Position numbers and translations under genes: made by a program. Of a DNA stretch of 64,000 nucleotides, positions 61,422 to 64,000 are shown in pieces (the first letter of the stretch is position 1; every line of letters begins with the position of its first letter). Origin of the DNA: Thermodesulfobacteriota bacterium (GTDB taxonomy: Bacteria > Desulfobacterota > Desulfobacteria > Desulfobacterales > SURF-7); NCBI GenBank assembly GCA_049320885.1, contig JBMORA010000009.1, positions 160,001 to 224,000 of the forward strand, read 5' to 3'. The notes under the pieces were generated by a model, which was not told the DNA's origin, ran no database searches, and saw only the letters and a program-made list of their open reading frames with translations.

Positions 61422-63095
61422 TCACTCGCTCCCTGATGACTGCGCTTCGAAAACGGAAGGATCGGACTGGACAATCCGTTGAACCAGCGCCCGGCTCAGC
61501 GGCTCTAAACGCGGCTCGAAGCGTCGCTTCCATCGCAAATATACCGGTTCCACCACCGGCAGCAATAGCCGCATGATGGGGTTGGCCGCCGGGGAAAGGG
61601 GCAGAAGCAACGCAGCCGAAAGACGCAGCAGCGGGCCGCTGACCACAAGAATGGCGTCCAGGCCTTTGAAAAAACGTCCCAATTCCCTCGCGGCGCCAGT
61701 TTTTCTGGATCGGTTTGTATTGTCGGATTCGAAATGCCCATGATGCCAGTTGTAGTAGTACCGACAATACATGCGAAGCCATTTGCCGATCACGGCGGGA
61801 TCGCGCTTGACGAATTCCAGAACGATGCGCATCAGCGCTGAACTTCCGTACCTGCAGAAACCCAGGCCCCAGCCGTCATGGATATGCCGCCGGAGTCGTT
61901 TTTCGTCGCGGGTCGCCTGGGCATGGCGGAGATTGTACCGGTTCGTCGAGGTGATGCCCCATTGAATGATCGGATGCGCCAGGATGCGATCGTTGTACCG
62001 TCTGAGAAACTCCGCCGATGTGTCGTTCCGCCGGACCGCCTCGATGGCCACATCGGCGGCGATTTCGGCGGAAAACCAGGCCGCCGGTACGCCGTCGCAC
62101 AGTTCGGTATTTTCCAACCCGGCCGCATCGCCGATCAACAGGATTCCCGCGGCATAATTCGGCATCCGGCGCAGGCGCTCGTTCAGACCCACGAAAATTT
62201 CGAATCCGTCCCACATGCGGGCCCTCAGGCGGGTCAGGGGGGCTACCTGGTCCCGCCACCACGGCAGCTTGGCCGTGATGTTCTGGTGATAGGTTTTGAG
62301 GCTGGCGGCCACATTGTAAACCGGGCCGTCGTCGTTTCGCAGACACTGATCCTGCATCAGGTGCAGGCTGTCCCGGTAGGGCCAGACCATCAAGCCGTTT
62401 CCGTGGCCCAGTGGCGGCGCGATCTTTTGTTCGTCCCATCCCCAGCAAAAACGCAGGGAAAACCCGAATATCCGGTCGATATCCTGCTTGTCCATATCGT
62501 ACACATAGACATCCGCCAGGGAAATGGTGTCCGGAGGATATTTTTCCCGGATACCGGCTTTGATGGCCAGGAGCCCATGGGAACCTTCGGCGTCGATCAC
62601 GATTTTGGCACCGATGCGTTCGCCGAACTCGGTTTCGATGCCGCTTACCCGGCCGTTCTGGCGCGTCAAGGCGGTGATGGTGGTGGATGTCCGCAGTTCC
62701 GCGCCCGCCGCCACGGCCTGCTGCATTTCCCAGCGGCAGAAGTCCTTGCAGTAGGCATTGTAGCCCACGGCAAAGACCGGTGAAAACGGTTTCGGTACCA
62801 TCAGGGTGTCGTCAATGTGGATTTCGCCTCTGTCGATATCCGTGATGATATAGTTGACGATTCCGTCCACCGGTCGTTCAATGGGCGGATTCCCGTCCCG
62901 GATGAAATCCGGTCCGAACAAAAAACCGTGAAACGGGATGGTCAGGCCGGAAATGATTTTATCGCCGACCTCCCGGGACCGTTCGACGATCAGGGTTTTC
63001 AGGCCTGCGCGTGCGCATTTCCAGGCCGCTACGGCGCCGCCGAATCCGCCGCCGACAACGATTACGTCATAAGGGGTTGCCTGCTCTGGTTGCAT
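61422..63095 (-). CDS. FixC/geranylgeranyl-reductase-family FAD oxidoreductase
   Basis: YDVIVVGGGFGG, ER..VGDK..SG, PPIERPV, VIDAEG, LLIGDAAG; 2 nt upstream of the ferredoxin; extended amphipathic C-terminus. Confidence 0.8.
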   Translation of the reverse strand: MQPEQATPYDVIVVGGGFGGAVAAWKCARAGLKTLIVERSREVGDKIISGLTIPFHGFLFGPDFIRDGNPPIERPVDGIVNYIITDIDRGEIHIDDTLMVPKPFSPVFAVGYNAYCKDFCRWEMQQAVAAGAELRTSTTITALTRQNGRVSGIETEFGERIGAKIVIDAEGSHGLLAIKAGIREKYPPDTISLADVYVYDMDKQDIDRIFGFSLRFCWGWDEQKIAPPLGHGNGLMVWPYRDSLHLMQDQCLRNDDGPVYNVAASLKTYHQNITAKLPWWRDQVAPLTRLRARMWDGFEIFVGLNERLRRMPNYAAGILLIGDAAGLENTELCDGVPAAWFSAEIAADVAIEAVRRNDTSAEFLRRYNDRILAHPIIQWGITSTNRYNLRHAQATRDEKRLRRHIHDGWGLGFCRYGSSALMRIVLEFVKRDPAVIGKWLRMYCRYYYNWHHGHFESDNTNRSRKTGAARELGRFFKGLDAILVVSGPLLRLSAALLLPLSPAANPIMRLLLPVVEPVYLRWKRRFEPRLEPLSRALVQRIVQSDPSVFEAQSSGSE

Positions 63096-63115
63096 TTCAA
63101 ATCCCGCCAATTATG

Positions 63116-63163
63116 TTACCAATTGTTTATAAAATATTACCAAACAGTAAAGTTTGCTATAAT
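63116..63163. promoter_or_regulatory. Putative TetR operator(s) next to an extended -10 promoter
   Basis: TTAC-CAAACA-GTAA palindrome (63137-63150), TTACCAA repeated 21 bp earlier (63116), TGcTATAAT at 63155-63163. Confidence 0.45.
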
Positions 63164-63356
63164 ACCATCGATGAAATGTCAAACCAAAAAAACCGCCATT
63201 GCCTGGATCACTTGGAAGCATTTTGAAACGGCGGGCTGCAGGAAAGGCGGCAAAACAGGAAAAGAATCTTTACCGCCGGGCCAAAGTGAGTGTATGAATG
63301 GTAGGCCGCGATTGCGGCCATTGATGTAACCGAAAAACACGGGATAACCATCCGGG

Positions 63357-64000
63357 ATGGACAAGATCGAATTACGCAAACAGGCGCTGCAACATCGGAA
63401 GCGCAATGAAAAACAGCTCCGGGTCGCGGGGATTCTCGGCGCAGCGCAAGCCGTATTCCTGAAGAAGGGTTACCACAATGCCACGATGGACGACATCGCG
63501 CTGGCCGCCGGGCTTTCCAAGCCGACGCTGTACCGGTATTTCAACGGCAAGGGGCATTTGTTTTTTTCCTTCATAGAAGCGATCATCGATGTCATCCACG
63601 AAGAGATTTCCGCCATCGACCGGCAATTGAAAAGCCGGGATTTCAAATCCGGAAAAGCATTCATTCGGGCCCATTTCGATGCGCTTTTCCGCATCTACCG
63701 AAAGTCGCCGGAGGCTTTCCGTCTGGTGAATCTCATCAGCGAATCCGGGGATTACAAAGCCCTGAATGACCGGTACCGTTCGATCATTACGGAAAAAATG
63801 CAAGTCAACGTCAACGAAGGGCGGGCGGTTTTTTCAACCGCCATGCGGCAGGGCTTGATTCAGCGCCATGACGTCGAGGCGATTGTCGATCTGATCTACG
63901 GATTTTTCATCGGTCCGATCCAGGCATTCCATATGTCCACCCAGATCCAGAATGGTTTTTCCGAACCGGATGCCGTGGATGCGGCCCTGGCCCATCGCAT
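63357..64000 (+). CDS. TetR/AcrR-family transcriptional regulator (runs off the window edge)
   Basis: Not in ORF track. Manual translation MDKIELRKQ...ILGAAQAVFLKKGYHNATMDDIALAAGLSKPTLYRYFNGK is a TetR HTH. Confidence 0.9.
   Translation, partial: MDKIELRKQALQHRKRNEKQLRVAGILGAAQAVFLKKGYHNATMDDIALAAGLSKPTLYRYFNGKGHLFFSFIEAIIDVIHEEISAIDRQLKSRDFKSGKAFIRAHFDALFRIYRKSPEAFRLVNLISESGDYKALNDRYRSIITEKMQVNVNEGRAVFSTAMRQGLIQRHDVEAIVDLIYGFFIGPIQAFHMSTQIQNGFSEPDAVDAALAHR

Overview
GC-rich bacterial chromosomal segment, probably from an anaerobic Desulfobacterota/Desulfobacterales-like organism (inferred from ahbB-type heme synthesis, several sigma-54 activators and a Na+-pumping decarboxylase). 0-40 kb is mostly housekeeping and regulation: a hybrid sensor kinase, an oadB/oadG/BCCP operon, comM, lpxC, ntrYX-like genes, rsmD, coaD, pcm, serS, thrC, uppP, mtnA, ahbB, two radical SAM enzymes, tag, a NifA-like activator, dksA-fliN-phoH, glnD-glnB-glnA and glnK-amtB. 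40-64 kb is accessory and centred on lipid/hydrocarbon redox chemistry. The best candidate for an undescribed system is a sigma-54-driven operon (50.5-59.1 kb, minus strand): Zn-ADH, ALDH, SCP2 lipid carrier, small unknown protein, two paralogous phytoene-desaturase-family flavoproteins, and an acyl-CoA ligase. It is flanked by a divergent GAF-type activator, an orphan FixCX pair and a TetR. Its layout resembles the O2-independent limonene-hydroxylating CtmAB/GeoABC route and suggests anaerobic activation of a hydrophobic alkene, terpenoid or steroid. Also notable: an OadG subunit fused to a large secreted domain, an ACA-N4-TGT palindrome linking the NifA-like gene to two sigma-54 nitrogen promoters, and a clan-CD (gingipain-like) membrane-anchored peptidase. 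No rRNA, tRNA, CRISPR array or intact mobile element was seen. All family calls are by-eye motif recognition; no database search was run.
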